Shown: one piece after another, positions 14,242 to 25,978 of the stretch | Numbering within the stretch: position 1 is the first letter of the stretch | Layout: each line of letters begins with the position of its first letter | NCBI GenBank assembly: GCA_963731895.1 | Contig: CAVSXO010000026.1 | Span: forward strand, 451,285-515,284 | From: an uncultured Solirubrobacterales bacterium | Lineage (GTDB): Bacteria > Actinomycetota > Thermoleophilia > Solirubrobacterales > JBBDJG01 | Direction: 5' to 3' | Length of the DNA: 64,000 bases | Notes under the pieces: model-generated | Seen by the model: the letters and a program-made list of their open reading frames with translations, nothing else | The model's database searches: none | What the model was told of the DNA's origin: nothing | Made by a program: the position numbers and the translations under genes

Positions 14242-14736
14242 GCCGGCGCCAATCCGCCTGCCTGCATCGACCGGCCCGCCGGCCGAGCGTCACGTCCGGT
14301 GTGTTGGTTTTCGGTCGTATAGCAACCGATTTGCGCCACACCGGGCCCGGGTGGCGGCACGGCCTCGGACGCTACCGGCTGGGCCGACCGGTCGCGGACA
14401 ATATCGCGTAAAACGTGGAGCTCTTGCGGCGCGCATATTGAGGCCGTGGAACCGCCGAGACGTGGTGCTGGCTTCCAGGCAAACGCAGGTCGGCACTACG
14501 GTTCGCTCGCGCGCGGTGGGCGATGATAAGGCGATGCGGAGACTCTGATGGCGCGCTTCCTGAGCACGCCTGCCCGGCCCTCATGCGGTGCAATCCGTAC
14601 GCGTCACGGTCGCCTGGCAGAGAGGACGAATCCGCAGGATCAAGCTTGAGTACGTGCGGCCTCATTTGATCCAGCGCTTGATCAACGCCGTGAGGTGGTA
14701 GCCGGAGAGGCTCCAAAGCGGCACTGCCGGCTCCGC

Positions 14737-15183
14737 CTAGGGCGGCAACCCGGCGGCCTGGCGCGCCCCGTCGGGGTCGGCAAAGGATTCGACGCGGACG
14801 ACCCGCCCATCGCGGACGGTCAAGAGCGAGGATCGGGTCTCATCGACTTCGAGCTCGTGCGTCCGGCCCACGATGTGCACGACAACTGCTACCTGATCAC
14901 CGGCGTCGTCGAACCGCAGCGTCTCAACCCGGTACGTCTCCCAAGCCGAGAGGAACTCACCCCAGAAGCGCCGCACGCCGTCAAAGCCGCGGTAACGGTC
15001 GACGGCAAGCAATGACTCAGTCACCGGGACCCACTCGATCTCCGGATCCAAGAAACGGCCGAGAGCGTCATCGGACATGCGCTGCTCGAACTCTTGTGTG
15101 GAGCCCTCGCTCGCAAGCTGCGCGTAGAGCCGGCGGACCAGTTCGACGTTCTCCTGTGACACCGCGTTCCCAGTGTCTCGCAT
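14737..15183 (-). CDS. SnoaL-like / NTF2-fold protein
   Basis: 148 aa. N-terminal VSQENVELVRRLYAQL and ...VVVHIVGRTHELEVDETRSSLLTVRDGRVVRVESFAD are typical of this family. Paralogs elsewhere in the window. Confidence 0.75.
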   Translation of the reverse strand: MRDTGNAVSQENVELVRRLYAQLASEGSTQEFEQRMSDDALGRFLDPEIEWVPVTESLLAVDRYRGFDGVRRFWGEFLSAWETYRVETLRFDDAGDQVAVVVHIVGRTHELEVDETRSSLLTVRDGRVVRVESFADPDGARQAAGLPP

Positions 15184-15221
15184 CGTGCTCTACCGTCGGC
15201 GCCAGCACCGGCGGTCAGCGG

Positions 15222-16783
15222 TCACACCACGAGCCCGTGGCGGACGGTGTCCTCGGTCACGACCTGTGGGTCGGTGAACTGGAGCACGTAGTCGGGTCCG
15301 CCGGCCTTGAAGCCCGTCCCCGACAGCCGGCGGCCGCCAAACGGCTGACGGCCGACCATTGCTCCCGTGATCTGGCGGTTGACGTAGAGGTTGCCCACCG
15401 GAGTTCGTGACACCACGTAGTCGACGGTTTCCGGGTTGCGCGAGAAAAGCCCGCCGGTGAGCGCGTAGTCGAGGCTGTCCACGACGTCGCACGCCTCGGC
15501 CACACCGGCCACGCGCTCGACCGCGAGCAGCGGCCCGAAGATCTCGTCCTCGAGCACGGAGGAGGCGGCAGGCAGGTCCACGGCCAGGGCCGGCGGGACG
15601 AACCACCCGGGGCTCGGCACCGGGCCCGGCCGGCGCAGCAGCCGCCCCTCGCCTTCTGCGCGCTCCTGATACTCGAGCACCCGCGCCTGCGCGGCGCGCT
15701 CGATCAGTGGCGGCACCTGTGTGGCGAAGTCGTCCGCCTGACCGACCTGCAGCAGCTCGACGGCTCCGCGCATGCGCTCGATGAACTCGTCCGCGATCGC
15801 GTCGTGAACGAGCACGCGGGCGGCGGCCGAGCACTTCTGCCCGCCGTATGTGAACGCGGACGTCACGATTGCCGGGACAGCGTCGTCGAGATCGGCGTCC
15901 GAATCCACGATCACGCAGTTCTTGCCGCCCATCTCGGACACGACTCGCTTCACGTGCCGCTGCCCGGCGGGCGTGGCGGCCGCGGTCGCCACGATCTCCA
16001 GGCCGACCGGGCGCGAGCCCGTGAAGGCGATCGTCGCCACGCCGCGGTCCCGCACGAGCGCCGCCCCGACGTCGCCCTCACCGGGGAGCAGCTCAACGGC
16101 TGCGGGCGGGACCCCGCCCTCGCGCAGCGCTTCGACGCACGCCAGCCCGGAGGCCGGCGACTGCTCGGCCGGCTTCAGGATCACCGCGTTGCCGCCCGCG
16201 AGCGCGCCGGCCACCATCCCGGTCGGGATCGCGAGCGGGAAGTTCCAGGGAGAGATCACGGCGCACACCCCGCGCGGGCGGTAGCGCATCGTGTTGCGTT
16301 CGCCGGGTGCCTGCACCAACGATCTGCCCTGCTCCAGCTCGACCGCCTGGCGTGCGTAGTACTCGAGGAAGTCGATTGCCTCGCAGACGTCCGCGTCGGC
16401 CTCGGCCCACGGCTTGGCGCACTCCCGGACCTGGAGCGCGGCCAGCTCATGCCGTCGCCGCCGCAGGACGCTGGCGGCGGTGATCAGCGCCGTGGCGCGC
16501 TCGGCGGCCGGGCGGGCGCCCCACTCACGGGCGCCCGCCTCTGCCGTCTCCACCGCTGCGGGAACGTCCTCCGCCGTCGCGCGGGCACACGCTGGCCACC
16601 ACCCGCTCCGGATCCCCGGGATCGGTCGAGAGGAGCCCGTCGCCGGACCGTCGCTCGTCGCCGATCCACAGACGGCACGCTCCACGGCAACGTTGCCTCG
16701 AGGCCGCGCAACGCCGCAATCAGGCTCTCGCGCACGGCGGCGCGGCGCAGCTCGGCATGAGGCTCGTTCACGAACGGCTTCAC
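15222..16783 (-). pseudogene. pruA: L-glutamate gamma-semialdehyde (P5C) dehydrogenase, two +1 shifts in the 5' 200 nt
   Basis: Aldehyde dehydrogenase core (VISPWNFPLAIP, EMGGKNCVIVD, GQKCSAAARVLV). The N-terminus MKPFVNEPHAELRR is in ORF 16484..16783, then VWIGDERRSGDGLLSTDPGDPERVVASV in ORF 16525..16719, then ORF 15222..16949. The GTG start overlaps the stop of the upstream gene (GTGA). Confidence 0.85.
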
Positions 16784-18118
16784 GGCGCGGCGAGCAGCTC
16801 CTCGACACTCGCGTCATGCATGCGCGCCGCCAGGAACGACTCGTTGCTCGTGTTCTCGAGCAGCCTGCGCACCAGGTACGCCATCCCGGCCACGAGGTCG
16901 CCGACCGGGCAGTACGTCCGCACGCGCAGGCCCTGCCGGGCGAGCGCATGCTGCAGATCGTCGCCGAGCCCGCGCAGCACCTGGAGCTCGAGGTCGCCGT
17001 CCGGCGCGCCGAGAGCGCGGTTGCAGGCGATCGCGTGCGCGACCGAGCGCAGGTTGTGAGAGGCGACGGCGACCCGCACGAGCGGGCGCGCCTCCAGCAG
17101 GCGGCGGGTGAGCGCCTCGAAGTTGCGATCGCTGTCGGCCTTCTGCTCGAACACCGGCGCAGGCCATCCGTGGCGGCGTGCTTCGACGATCTCCTGGTCC
17201 CAATAGGCGCCCTTCACGAGCCGGACCACCAGCGGCTGCGCGCGCGCGTGGCCCCGCGCCCAATCGAGCACCTGCTCGACCGTCTCGGACGAGTCGCGCA
17301 GGTAGGCCTGCACGACGACTCCCGCCGACGGCCCGTGCGCAAACTCGTCCTCCGCCAGCAGCTCGAGCACCAGGCCCAGCACAGTCTCGCGCGAGTCGAG
17401 CGACTCCATGTCCACGTGCAGGTGCGCGCCGAGGTCGCGCGCAAGCTGCATCAGGCCGCGCAGGCGCGCGGCCGCGTCGCGCTTTCCGACCTCCGGCGCC
17501 TCGGGACGCAGGAGCGGGGTGAGCGCCGACACCTTCACGCTCAGGTTCGCCCGCGGAATCGCACCAACCGAATCGCTCTCCAGCGCCGGCCGTTGCGGCC
17601 ACTGCGCGGATGCCTCGTGGAGCGTCACGAGCGCCGCCCGGCACCGTTCCGCGTAGCGGTCGGCTTCCTCCACCGTGATCGTCGCCTCCCCGAGCAGGTC
17701 GACGGAGGTGGCGATGCCTCGCTGCCAGAGGTCGGCCAGCAGCCGCAGCGCATCCTCGGGCGTCTCCCCGACGATGAACCGGTGGGCCATGTGACGGACT
17801 CCGGCAGTGGCGGCAAGGCCGAGCGCCCGGGCGCCGGCCTTCGAGTCCGCCATCCGGACGGCCACGTCGAGCGGCGGGGGCCGGTCGTCCACCTCGTGCA
17901 GGAACGCGCTCAGGTGGCGGGCGAGGTCCTCGAGCGAGCGGCACGCCGGCACCACGTCGACGAAGCGAAACAGCGCCGCGCGCAGCTCGGCGTCGCGCGA
18001 GGCGAGCTCCATCGCCTTGTCGTCCAGCGCCTTCACCGGGTGGCGGGCGGCGGACGGGAAACGAATCCGCGAGCTCGCGACCGATGCGCCGGATGTCGTG
18101 CTCGAGCGAGATGGCCAT
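16780..18118 (-). pseudogene. pruB: Proline dehydrogenase, one +1 shift near 18055
   Basis: PRODH barrel sequence (SVKVSALTP, LHVDMESLDSRE, VVQAYLRDS, VRLVKGAYWD, VASHNLRS, LRGLGDD). The true N-terminus MAISLEHDIRRIGRELADS is in ORF 16814..18118 and joins FPSAARHPVKALDDKAMELA of ORF 16780..18123. Confidence 0.85.
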
Positions 18119-18256
18119 GGCAAGACGATACGCCGCCAGCGGTGTCAGGCTTTTCGCCCACCAAGTATTTGCTAGCGAAACGCTGGGCCGTTATTCAGCC
18201 CGGCCCAGTGTCTCGCGTCTAGAGGATGGTGTGCGCAAGCACGACCGCGATGTACG

Positions 18257-19506
18257 TCAGTCATCGTCGCCATGGCGTCGCCCGTGATCGCCGTGGCGTC
18301 GCCTGTGATCGCCATCGCGCCGGTTCGTGAACGTCATCGCGTCGCTCGTGATCGTCATCGCGCCGCTCGTGATCGTCATCGCGCCGCTCGTGATCGCCTC
18401 CGGCCGCGTCTGCGGCTTTTGCCAGTCCTCTGAGGACGTTGAAGAACTCTGGTGATTGCCCGATGAACAGTCCGTCGGCGGTCAAGGCGTTGAGCGCGCC
18501 CATGGCGGCGCCGTCGGTCTCGGTGGGGCGGATGATCGAGCAGACCGGGAACTTGCGATTGAGGAAAACTGTCGGCTCGGGCATGATCAGGTTGGTCTGC
18601 GTTATCTCACCATCGGCGTTGAGGTCGGGGAAGATCAGACCGTTCGTGGGGTCGGTGAGCGGAGGCGCGTTGCCGGCCTTGTCGTGCCAGGTCTGGAAGT
18701 GCATCGATCTCACTGCCGCCGATGCTGAGCAGGATGCGCAGCACCTCCTGGCTGGCTGACCCGCTGGGCGAGCGAGGCGTAGAGGCTGGTACCGCCCTGC
18801 CTCGATGAAGGCGAAGTGGAAGCCGGCCGTGTTGGCGATCGCTTGCAGGTGGTTCGCCTGGGCTGAGGTCGGCGTCGCTGCGAGGAATCGCCGGAAATTG
18901 CCCGGCAGCCAGGCCGGGGACGGCCTGCGGGAGGGTGTCGCCGAGGTCGGGGTTCTGCGAGTCGCTGCGGTAGCGCGTCCAGAAGCTGGTGTCGACGCTC
19001 AGCTGCATCAGGTTGGTGAGCCGGCCGATTTGCTGCGCGCCGGTCGCCTTGCTGCTGGGCAGGGTGCGGAACTTATCCAAGTTGACTGTTTGCGCGCCGT
19101 GCGCTTCCAGGTAGGCGTTGATGAAGGTGAAGTGGGAGAACTCGTCGTCGGTGTTGTCGTGGATGTACTGGTCCATGTCCTCGTCCAGTACCGCGACCGC
19201 CTCGGTGTAAGCCGGATTCCCGCTTCCGCCGGGGACTTCGCTGTCCTGGATACCGGCGAGCTCGTTGTACTGCTGCCACAGATCGGTCTCGAGGATCTCG
19301 GCCGCAGCCAGGAACTGGAGAATCGCCGCGTCCCGTGAGCCGGCCTTCTCGTGGTCGGCCTTGTGGGCCTTGCGGCCCTTGCGGGCGAGGGCCGGTGACG
19401 CATCGGCCAACAGCCGCCCGGCGCCGATGGTTCCTGCTCCGATCGCGGCACCCTTGAGCAACGAACGACGGCTGGTCAGATGCTTGGAATGTTCGGTCGT
19501 TTCCAT
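18257..19506 (-). pseudogene. Tat-signal ferritin-like domain protein with His/Asp/Arg heptad-repeat tail; about 5 +1 shifts
   Basis: AAGGAG RBS then METTEHSKHLTSRRSLLKGAAIGAG (twin-arginine). Ferritin-like core AAILQFLAAAEILETDLWQQYNEL...DEFSHFTFINAYLEAHG. The path runs through frames 0>2>1>0>2(>1) between ~18880 and ~18310. C-terminal part MHFQTWHDKAGNAPPLTDPTNGLIFPDLN. Confidence 0.75.
18263..18398 (-). repeat. 21-nt tandem repeat (~6.5 units) encoding x-x-D-H-x-R-R heptads
   Basis: The GTGA anchor recurs at 18284, 18305, 18327, 18348, 18369 and 18390 (spacings 21, 22, 21, 21, 21). Translation on the minus strand reads GGDHERR DDDHERR DDDHERR DDVHE... Confidence 0.85.
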
Positions 19507-19680
19507 GATCTGCTCCTTGTGGAATTCGGCGAGCTCGAGAGAACGAGAGACATGCGGGATGCTCGCCCAGGCAGGTGCGTTTGTCGTCCCTTCGCGGGCG
19601 TGTCTTTGGGCCACCCCCGTCGGAGTACGCAGCGGGGACGACTACCCCCTGTGAGGTAGCCGACGCGCTTAGCAAGCTGT

Positions 19681-21898
19681 GTGGCCTTGCGTCGAGCGTT
19701 TGGGCAGCAACTCGGTGGTCGACGTGGTGTTCCGGTTGACGTGAACGGGTCCGGGGGAGCGACGCGACGATCGTTTCTGCGCAGTGGCGCTCTCGCCGGT
19801 CTCGGACTGTGGGTTGGTCGTCTTGTGCGGCCGACCGCCGGTGCTGCCGCCCGCGGACTGGGCGCGAAGGCCGCGGTGGTCGGCACCCCGCCGCTCACGA
19901 ACGCCGGCTACTGGGAGTTCGCCGACTGGCTCCAGCCCGCGATGGACCGCCTCTGGAACGAGTCCGCAGAACGCCTACACGACCGACACGCGCATCAACG
20001 CCTGCGCGCTGATGACGCATGCGATCGCGGCGCTCGAGGGCCACGACGGCGCCGCGCGCCGCGACGAGCGCGCGCGGCAGCTGGCCGCGCGCCTGTGCGA
20101 GTCGCCGCCGTTCCGGGCGCCGCGCGGCCGGCCCACCCGCCACGCGAACCCGCGCTCGGAGACCCAGGTGCACGCTCCGGGCTGGGTGTCGAGCATCGCC
20201 CGGCGCGACAGCGCCATGCACCTGTCGGTCGACCCCAAGGTGGCGCGCGCCCTCTACTACGCATGGCGCGCGCGCGAGCAGCTGCAGCTACCGCCCGCGA
20301 CCGTCGACCGGATGGTCGCGTGCGTGCGCTCGGTCGCCAACTCGCCGTTCTTCCGCTACCCGAACATCCGCCTGAACCAGATCAACTTCGCCGCCGAGAT
20401 CCAGGCCTGCGCGGTCAGCATGACCGACGACCCGACGCTGCTGCGGCGCGACTACCGGCGTCAGCTGACCCGCTTCCTGCGCGGGCGCAAAGCGCGCCGT
20501 GCGGCCGTGGCGCATCCCGAACCTGGGGCCGAGCTACAACTTCCACCGCAACCCGTTCCAGCGCGCCGGCGTCGGCCAGAACATCGAGTCGGCCGAGTAC
20601 GCCAACATCGTGCTCGACGTCATCTACTACTACGAGCAGGCGCGGGCGCGCGGGATGACGCCGATATCCGTGGCGCACGGGCGCACGCTGCGCGCCTTCG
20701 TGCGGCGGTCGCTGTCCGCCTACTGGACGCACAGCGGCTACCTGAACTGGGACACGGGCCTGTACCTGTACCGCTGGCACCTGTCGCGCTACTGGGCCTG
20801 GTCGTGCCAGGGCCTGCTGGCGATCGCCAGCTCGAAGAACTTCGTCCAGGACGACGAGCGCCGCTGGGCGAAGCACATGTTCGACCGCTCGCTGTCCCTG
20901 TACGAGCGCTTCACCGAGCGCTGGGACGACGACCGCCGCGAGCCGGGCAGCAGCCTGTACGGCGTCACGACCAAGTTCAGCGAAGGGAAGCACTTCGAGC
21001 TGGCGCGGTTCCAGGCGCTGGCGGCCGAGGCGATCCTGCGCGGGATGGGCGACGACCCGGCCGAGGAGCCGCCGCCGCTGTACGCCTTCGACCCCTCGAT
21101 CGGGCGGCTGGCGATCACGACGCCCACCTACAACACCGCGATCGTGGCGGATCAGCAACGGCGCCTTCCCGTACGGGGGCATCGACCTCGCGCGCTGGTT
21201 CGACTCGCGCCAGCGGGTGATCTCGCACATCGGCGGCCGGGCGCCGGCCGCGTTCGGCCTGCTCGTGCGGGCGCCGAACGGCACGGTCGTGACCGCATCG
21301 CAGCGCCCGCGCACGCTCGGGCGCCCCGGGCGCCTGCCGTTGATCCTGAACAGGTCGCCGCAGGGGCCGATCACCCGTGTGAAGCGCTATCCGCGCTCGC
21401 CCCATGCCGGCCGCTTCGACCAGATCGACACGAGCGGGATCGTGGACCGGGCAGGAGTGCGTTTCCGGTCGCGCTACGTCTTCACGACCGATCAGATCCA
21501 CGTCCACTGGCAGATCACCCGTTCCCGCACCGACGCGCTGACCGCCGAGGCGACGCTGCCGAGCTGGGGCGACGGGGTCCTGAACGCCGTGTTGCGGTCG
21601 GGACAGGTGGTGAAGCTGGCCGGGACGGCATTCGTGCGGCTGTCGGACGTGCGCTACTTCTTCATCGACGGCTCCGAGGGCGGCTACGTCGTCGTGCCGC
21701 GCGCTTTCCGCCGACCGCCACAGCCCACGTCATCAAGCCGTCGGATCAGAGCTCGAACCCGCGCTCCGGGCCGAGCGTCTCCTTGCGGTTCGCAAGCGGC
21801 ACGCAGTGGCGCGACGTGTCGGTGCGGATCGCGATGGCCCCGGCGCGGAACGGCGACGAGGCGGCGGCGCCTGGCGCCGCGGCCTGGGCGCCGTATGA
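19681..21898 (+). pseudogene. Tat-signal secreted protein of unknown family, >=4 frame breaks; 3' end approximate
   Basis: ATRRSFLRSGALAGLGLWVG (an alternative GTG start at 19741 is in frame). Protein-like sequence hops between ORFs 19681 > 19784 > 20499 > 21217 > 20499 (e.g. NAYTTDTRINACALMTHAIAALEGHDG; NLGPSYNFHRNPFQRAGVGQNIESAEYANIVLDVIYYYEQ; ISHIGGRAPAAFGLLVRAPNGTVV; AHVIKPSDQSSNPRSGPSVSLRF). I do not recognise the family. Confidence 0.55.
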
Positions 21899-21943
21899 TG
21901 CTGGAGTCGGCTGTCGACGGTCGGCGCGCCTCAGGTCTGCGCC

Positions 21944-23004
21944 TCAGGTCCTCCGCGAGCGTTGCCACCAGCGCGAACAGCCCGGTGCGCTCTCGTGCGG
22001 AGACCGGCCCGGTGTGCCCTGGCGGTGGCGGTCGATCGTCGCGATCGTGATCACGATCCGCTCGGGCGAGTCCCACCAGTCCCACGGCGCCGAGCGGTAC
22101 TCGTCGCTGCGCAGCAGCTCGCGCGCGACCTCTGGCACGGTGCCTCCCGCCGCCAGGCGGGGCAGCGCCTGCGCATCGACCCATTCCAGGTAGTCGCGCA
22201 GGACCTCGACCTCCGACCGGCCCGAGACGGGCCCGTGGCCGGGCACGACCACATCGGGATTCAGCTCCAGGATCCTGTCCAGCGCGGCGACCCAGCCGGC
22301 GGTCGGCCCCGCCCACATGATCGGCGCCACGCCGACGAACAGAACGTCGGCGGCAAACACGATGCTCGCATCCGGCACGTGGACGATCAGGTCTCCCGGG
22401 GTATGTGCCGGGCCGACCTCGATCAGCCGCACCTCGCGCCCGCGCGACCGAGAGCGTCAGCTCGCCCCCGAACTCGCGCGTCGGCGGGGTCATGCGCACG
22501 CCGGAGAAGTCGAACGGCGACAGGATCCGGCCGACGTAATCGCCGAGCGCACGGAGCGGCAGGCGCGGGAGGCGGGGAAGGGGAAGCGTTCCGACCACGG
22601 GCAGGGGAAGGCGCCCCACCGTCCGCAGGATGGGCGCGAGCTGCTTGAACCGGCGCAGCGTGGCGGCCGACTCCTCGCGGATCAGATCGCGCGGCGGCGC
22701 CGGTCGCGACGATGTCGGCGCCGGACAGCAGCTGATTGCCGAACACGTGGTCCCCGTCCGAGTGCGTGTTGACGAGCGTCCGGATCGGCTCGCGGACGCG
22801 CTCGGCGATCTCGTCCAGCATGCGCTGCGTGAGCCGCAGGTCGAAGAGCGTGTCGATCAGCAGCGCCTCGCCGTCGCCCACCACGACCCCGGCATTCGAC
22901 TCGCCCCACTCGCCGTTCGGTTGCAACCACGCGAACACGCCGTCACCGACCTGCTGGAGGCCGGGCGGGAACCGCGCCGGTTTGCCGAGCAGGGTGCGCT
23001 CCAC
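21944..23004 (-). pseudogene. MBL-fold metallo-hydrolase, about 3 frame breaks; 3' end approximate
   Basis: VNTHSDGDHVFGN (HxHxDH motif) in ORF 22423..23004. The middle is in ORF 21684..22619. VRLIEVGPAHTPGDLIVHVPDASIVFAADVLF...VVPGHGP is in ORF 21944..22432. Confidence 0.75.
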
Positions 23005-23146
23005 GGGCGCGACTCTATCGCCCGGTGTCAGGGTCAGCTCTCAAGCAAACTTAAACCCGCCCACAGAGAACCCACAAACGCGGGGCCGAAGCTTCCTCTC
23101 GAGCCGGTGAGCAGATCGCCGGGGGAGCAAATACGAAGGAGCTTCA

Positions 23147-23807
23147 ATGAGACCACCTGGATGGAAATGGATCGCGGCGATGTCGGTGCTGGTGCTCGGC
23201 ATCGTCGTGTCCGTGTCCGGCGCTGCGACGTCGGGCAGCAAGCGCGACGGCGGTAGTGGCAGCAGCACGCTGAGCGAGAAGGTGCAGGGCGAGAAACGGC
23301 TGCACGTGATCGGCCCGCCCGGCGAGCATCTCTCGACGCTCGCCGACGAGCTCGGCGTGACGCAGGCCAAGCTGCGCGACGCGCTCGAGGCGGTCCGCGA
23401 GGACCTCGAGCCGCCGAAGCGCCCGCGACCGAGGGCAGCCGCCGACGAAGGCGCAGATGGAGAAGCGCTGCAACGAGCTCACCGACGCGCTCGCGAAGGA
23501 GCTCGGCAAGAGCGGTGACGACGTGCGCGCGGCGATCAAGGCCGCCGCGAAGAAGGACATCGAGGAGGCCGTGGACGCCAAGCGCCTGACGCGGAGCGAG
23601 GCGGACCGGATCCTGTCCCGCTCGACGACGGCGACCTGCCTGCCGGCGTTCGGGTTCCACAAGTTCGGCGGCCACGGCTGTGGCGGCCCCGGTGGGCCCG
23701 GTGAGCGCGGTGAGCGCGGTCGCTTCGAGCACCCGGCGCCTCCGCCCGGTTCAGGGTCGGAGGGCAGCTCGGACGTGGCGCCCGCGCCACTGGGGGCTCC
23801 CGCCTGA
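23147..23807 (+). pseudogene. Secreted hypothetical protein upstream of two-component system; one +1 shift near 23440
   Basis: GAAGGAG RBS. Signal/TM segment WKWIAAMSVLVLGIVVSVSGA. Continues from ORF 23147..23518 into ORF 23457..23807 (MEKRCNELTDALAKELGKSGDDVRAAIKAAAKKDIEEAV...). Confidence 0.5.
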
Positions 23808-23822
23808 GACGGCAGTAGTGTC

Positions 23823-24509
23823 GTGGCGATGACGACGGAACCGCTGGTCCTCGTCGTCGACGACGACGAGGAGATCCGCAAGGCCCTCGAGCGCGCGCTG
23901 CGTCTCGAGGGCTTTGCCGTGCGCGTTGCCGAGGGAGGCCACGCGGCGCTCGAGCTGGTCGAGCAGGAGCGCCCCGGAGTGATGGTGCTCGACATGGTGA
24001 TGCCGGACCTCTCCGGCATCAGCGTCGTGACGCGCCTGCGCGCGCGCGGGAATGACACCCCGATCTGCATCCTGTCCGCGCGCGACGAGGTCGAGGACCG
24101 GGTCGCCGGCCTCGAGGCGGGCGCCGACGACTACGTCGTGAAGCCGTTCGACATCGGCGAGCTGGCCGCGCGGCTGCGGGCGCTGCTGCGGCGGATGCCG
24201 GCCGGGGACGGGGAGCCGATCCGCGTCGGCGACCTGCTGGTGGATCCCGCGCGGCGCAGCGTGCAGCGCGCCGGGCGACCGGTCGAGCTGACCCGCCGGG
24301 AGTTCGACCTGCTCGAGGAGCTGGCCCGGCATCGCAACGTCGTGCTGAGCCGGGGACAGCTGCTGGAGAGCGTCTGGGGGTACGACTTCGAGGTGGACGG
24401 CAACGTCGTGGACGTCTTCGTGGGCTACCTGCGCCGTAAGCTCGAGGCGGATGGCGAGGCTCGGATGATCCACACGGTGCGCGGCGTGGGCTTCGTCCTG
24501 CGCGCGTGA
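23823..24509 (+). CDS. OmpR-family response regulator
   Basis: Receiver domain ([15 protein letters not shown]...[11 protein letters not shown]...ADDYVVKPF) plus winged-helix output ([31 protein letters not shown]...[11 protein letters not shown]). Stop overlaps the kinase start (GTGA). Confidence 0.92.
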   Translation: MAMTTEPLVLVVDDDEEIRKALERALRLEGFAVRVAEGGHAALELVEQERPGVMVLDMVMPDLSGISVVTRLRARGNDTPICILSARDEVEDRVAGLEAGADDYVVKPFDIGELAARLRALLRRMPAGDGEPIRVGDLLVDPARRSVQRAGRPVELTRREFDLLEELARHRNVVLSRGQLLESVWGYDFEVDGNVVDVFVGYLRRKLEADGEARMIHTVRGVGFVLRA

Positions 24510-25957
24510 GCGGGCTGAGCATCAGGGCCCGCGTGACGGCCGCGGCGACGGCCGCGGTCGCGCTGGTGCTGATCGCCGGCGGGGTGTTGACGGTGACCAC
24601 GTTCGCCGACCGGGAGCGGTCGAGCCTCGACCGCGAGCTGGAGAGCCGCGCACAGGGACCGGCCGGCCGGGCATTGGGGCCGGAGAGCCGGGCGCGGGAG
24701 CTTCGAGGCGGCGCCGGGCGGAAGGCGCTGGATGGCGGCGGCAAGCCGGGACCGCCCGACCTCCTGGCGCAGAGCGGTTCCTTCGTCCGCGTGGTCGGTG
24801 ATGGTCAGGTGCTGCGTGCTGAGGGCGACGTGCCCGATGAGGGCCTGCCGGAGCGCAGCGACCCGGGTTTCGCGACGGTCGACGCAGGCGGCGGCCAGTG
24901 GCGCATCCTCACGATCCCGATACAGCTCCCGCACGGTTTCGCGGGCCCTTCCGAGCCGGTGATCCAGTTCGGCGCCGACGCCGGGCCCCTCGAGTCCCGC
25001 ATCGACTCCATGCAGCGCCGGGTGGCGCTGATCTCGATCCTCGGCATCGGCCTGACGGTGATCCTCGCCAGCGTGCTCGCCGGCCCGGCGCTCGCGCCGC
25101 TGTCGCGGCTGCGGCGCTCGGTCGCGGGCGTGACCACCACGCGGGACCTGTCGCGCCGCCTGCCGGAGGGCGACGCCGGCCGTGAGGTGGACGAGCTGGC
25201 GCACGGAGTGAACGAGATGCTGGCCCGCCTGGAGAGCTCCTCCTCGGAGACCGAGCGCGCGCTCGAGGCGACGCGCCGCTTTGCGGGCGACGTGGGTCAT
25301 GAGGTGCGCACGCCGCTCACGTCCATGCGCGCGAACATCGACGCGGTCAGGAGAAACCCGTCGATGCCCGAGGACCAGCGACGGGCGACCCTCGACGACG
25401 TCGCGCGCGAGCAGGAGGACCTCGTCGCGGTGCTCGACGCGCTGCAGGCGCTCGCTCGCGGCGATTCGGCCGCCGCCCTCCCGCGTGAGCCGGTCGACAT
25501 GGCGGAGGTGACCGACGCCGCTGTCGAGGCGGCGCGGCGGCGACACCCCGAGGCGCACGTCGAGCTGTCCGCCGCCGAGGGCGAGCATCTCATCACCGGC
25601 TGGCCCGACGGCCTGCGGCTGCTGATCGACAACCTGATCCAGAACGCGATCCGGCACGGGGGCGATCGGGTGACCGTCGGCCTCGAACGCGACCACGGGA
25701 CGCTCCTGCTGACGGTCGCAGACAACGGCCCCGGCGTGCCGGTCGCCGAGCGCGGCCGCATCTTCGAGCGCTTCACCCGGGGCGCGCAGGCCGGCGGCTC
25801 ACCCGGGTCGGGGCTCGGCCTGGCACTGGTGGCGCAGCAGGCCCAGCTGCAGGGCGGGGACGTGACCGTCGGCGACTCGGCCGCCGGAGGCGCCCTGTTC
25901 ACGGTCCGGCTGCCGGGCGCTACATCGGACCAACCCAGTTGGGTGCGCGAGCCTTAA
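24506..25957 (+). CDS. Sensor histidine kinase
   Basis: Two TM segments and a HAMP-like linker. H-box [17 protein letters not shown]. ATPase motifs DNGPGVP and GSGLGLALV. Confidence 0.9.
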   Translation: MSGLSIRARVTAAATAAVALVLIAGGVLTVTTFADRERSSLDRELESRAQGPAGRALGPESRARELRGGAGRKALDGGGKPGPPDLLAQSGSFVRVVGDGQVLRAEGDVPDEGLPERSDPGFATVDAGGGQWRILTIPIQLPHGFAGPSEPVIQFGADAGPLESRIDSMQRRVALISILGIGLTVILASVLAGPALAPLSRLRRSVAGVTTTRDLSRRLPEGDAGREVDELAHGVNEMLARLESSSSETERALEATRRFAGDVGHEVRTPLTSMRANIDAVRRNPSMPEDQRRATLDDVAREQEDLVAVLDALQALARGDSAAALPREPVDMAEVTDAAVEAARRRHPEAHVELSAAEGEHLITGWPDGLRLLIDNLIQNAIRHGGDRVTVGLERDHGTLLLTVADNGPGVPVAERGRIFERFTRGAQAGGSPGSGLGLALVAQQAQLQGGDVTVGDSAAGGALFTVRLPGATSDQPSWVREP

Positions 25958-25959
25958 CG

Positions 25960-25978
25960 CTTGGGCGCCCAAGTTTGT
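25960..25978 (+). terminator. Weak candidate intrinsic terminator after the kinase gene
   Basis: Palindrome CTTGGGCGCCCAAG (25960..25973), 2 nt after the stop, followed by TTTGT. The stem is short (5-6 bp). Confidence 0.3.

Noticed and set aside
14242-14736. A 495-bp lower-GC gap between lhr and the SnoaL-like gene, inspected for a tRNA, riboswitch, sRNA or decayed gene.
   Set aside because: It shows no cloverleaf, conserved RNA motif or protein-like translation in any frame that I could support. It is left unannotated.
18263-18398. A regular 21-nt repeat array considered as a possible CRISPR or minisatellite.
   Set aside because: There are no spacers, the period is a multiple of 3, and it translates to a coherent heptad repeat within a gene. 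It is a coding tandem repeat.
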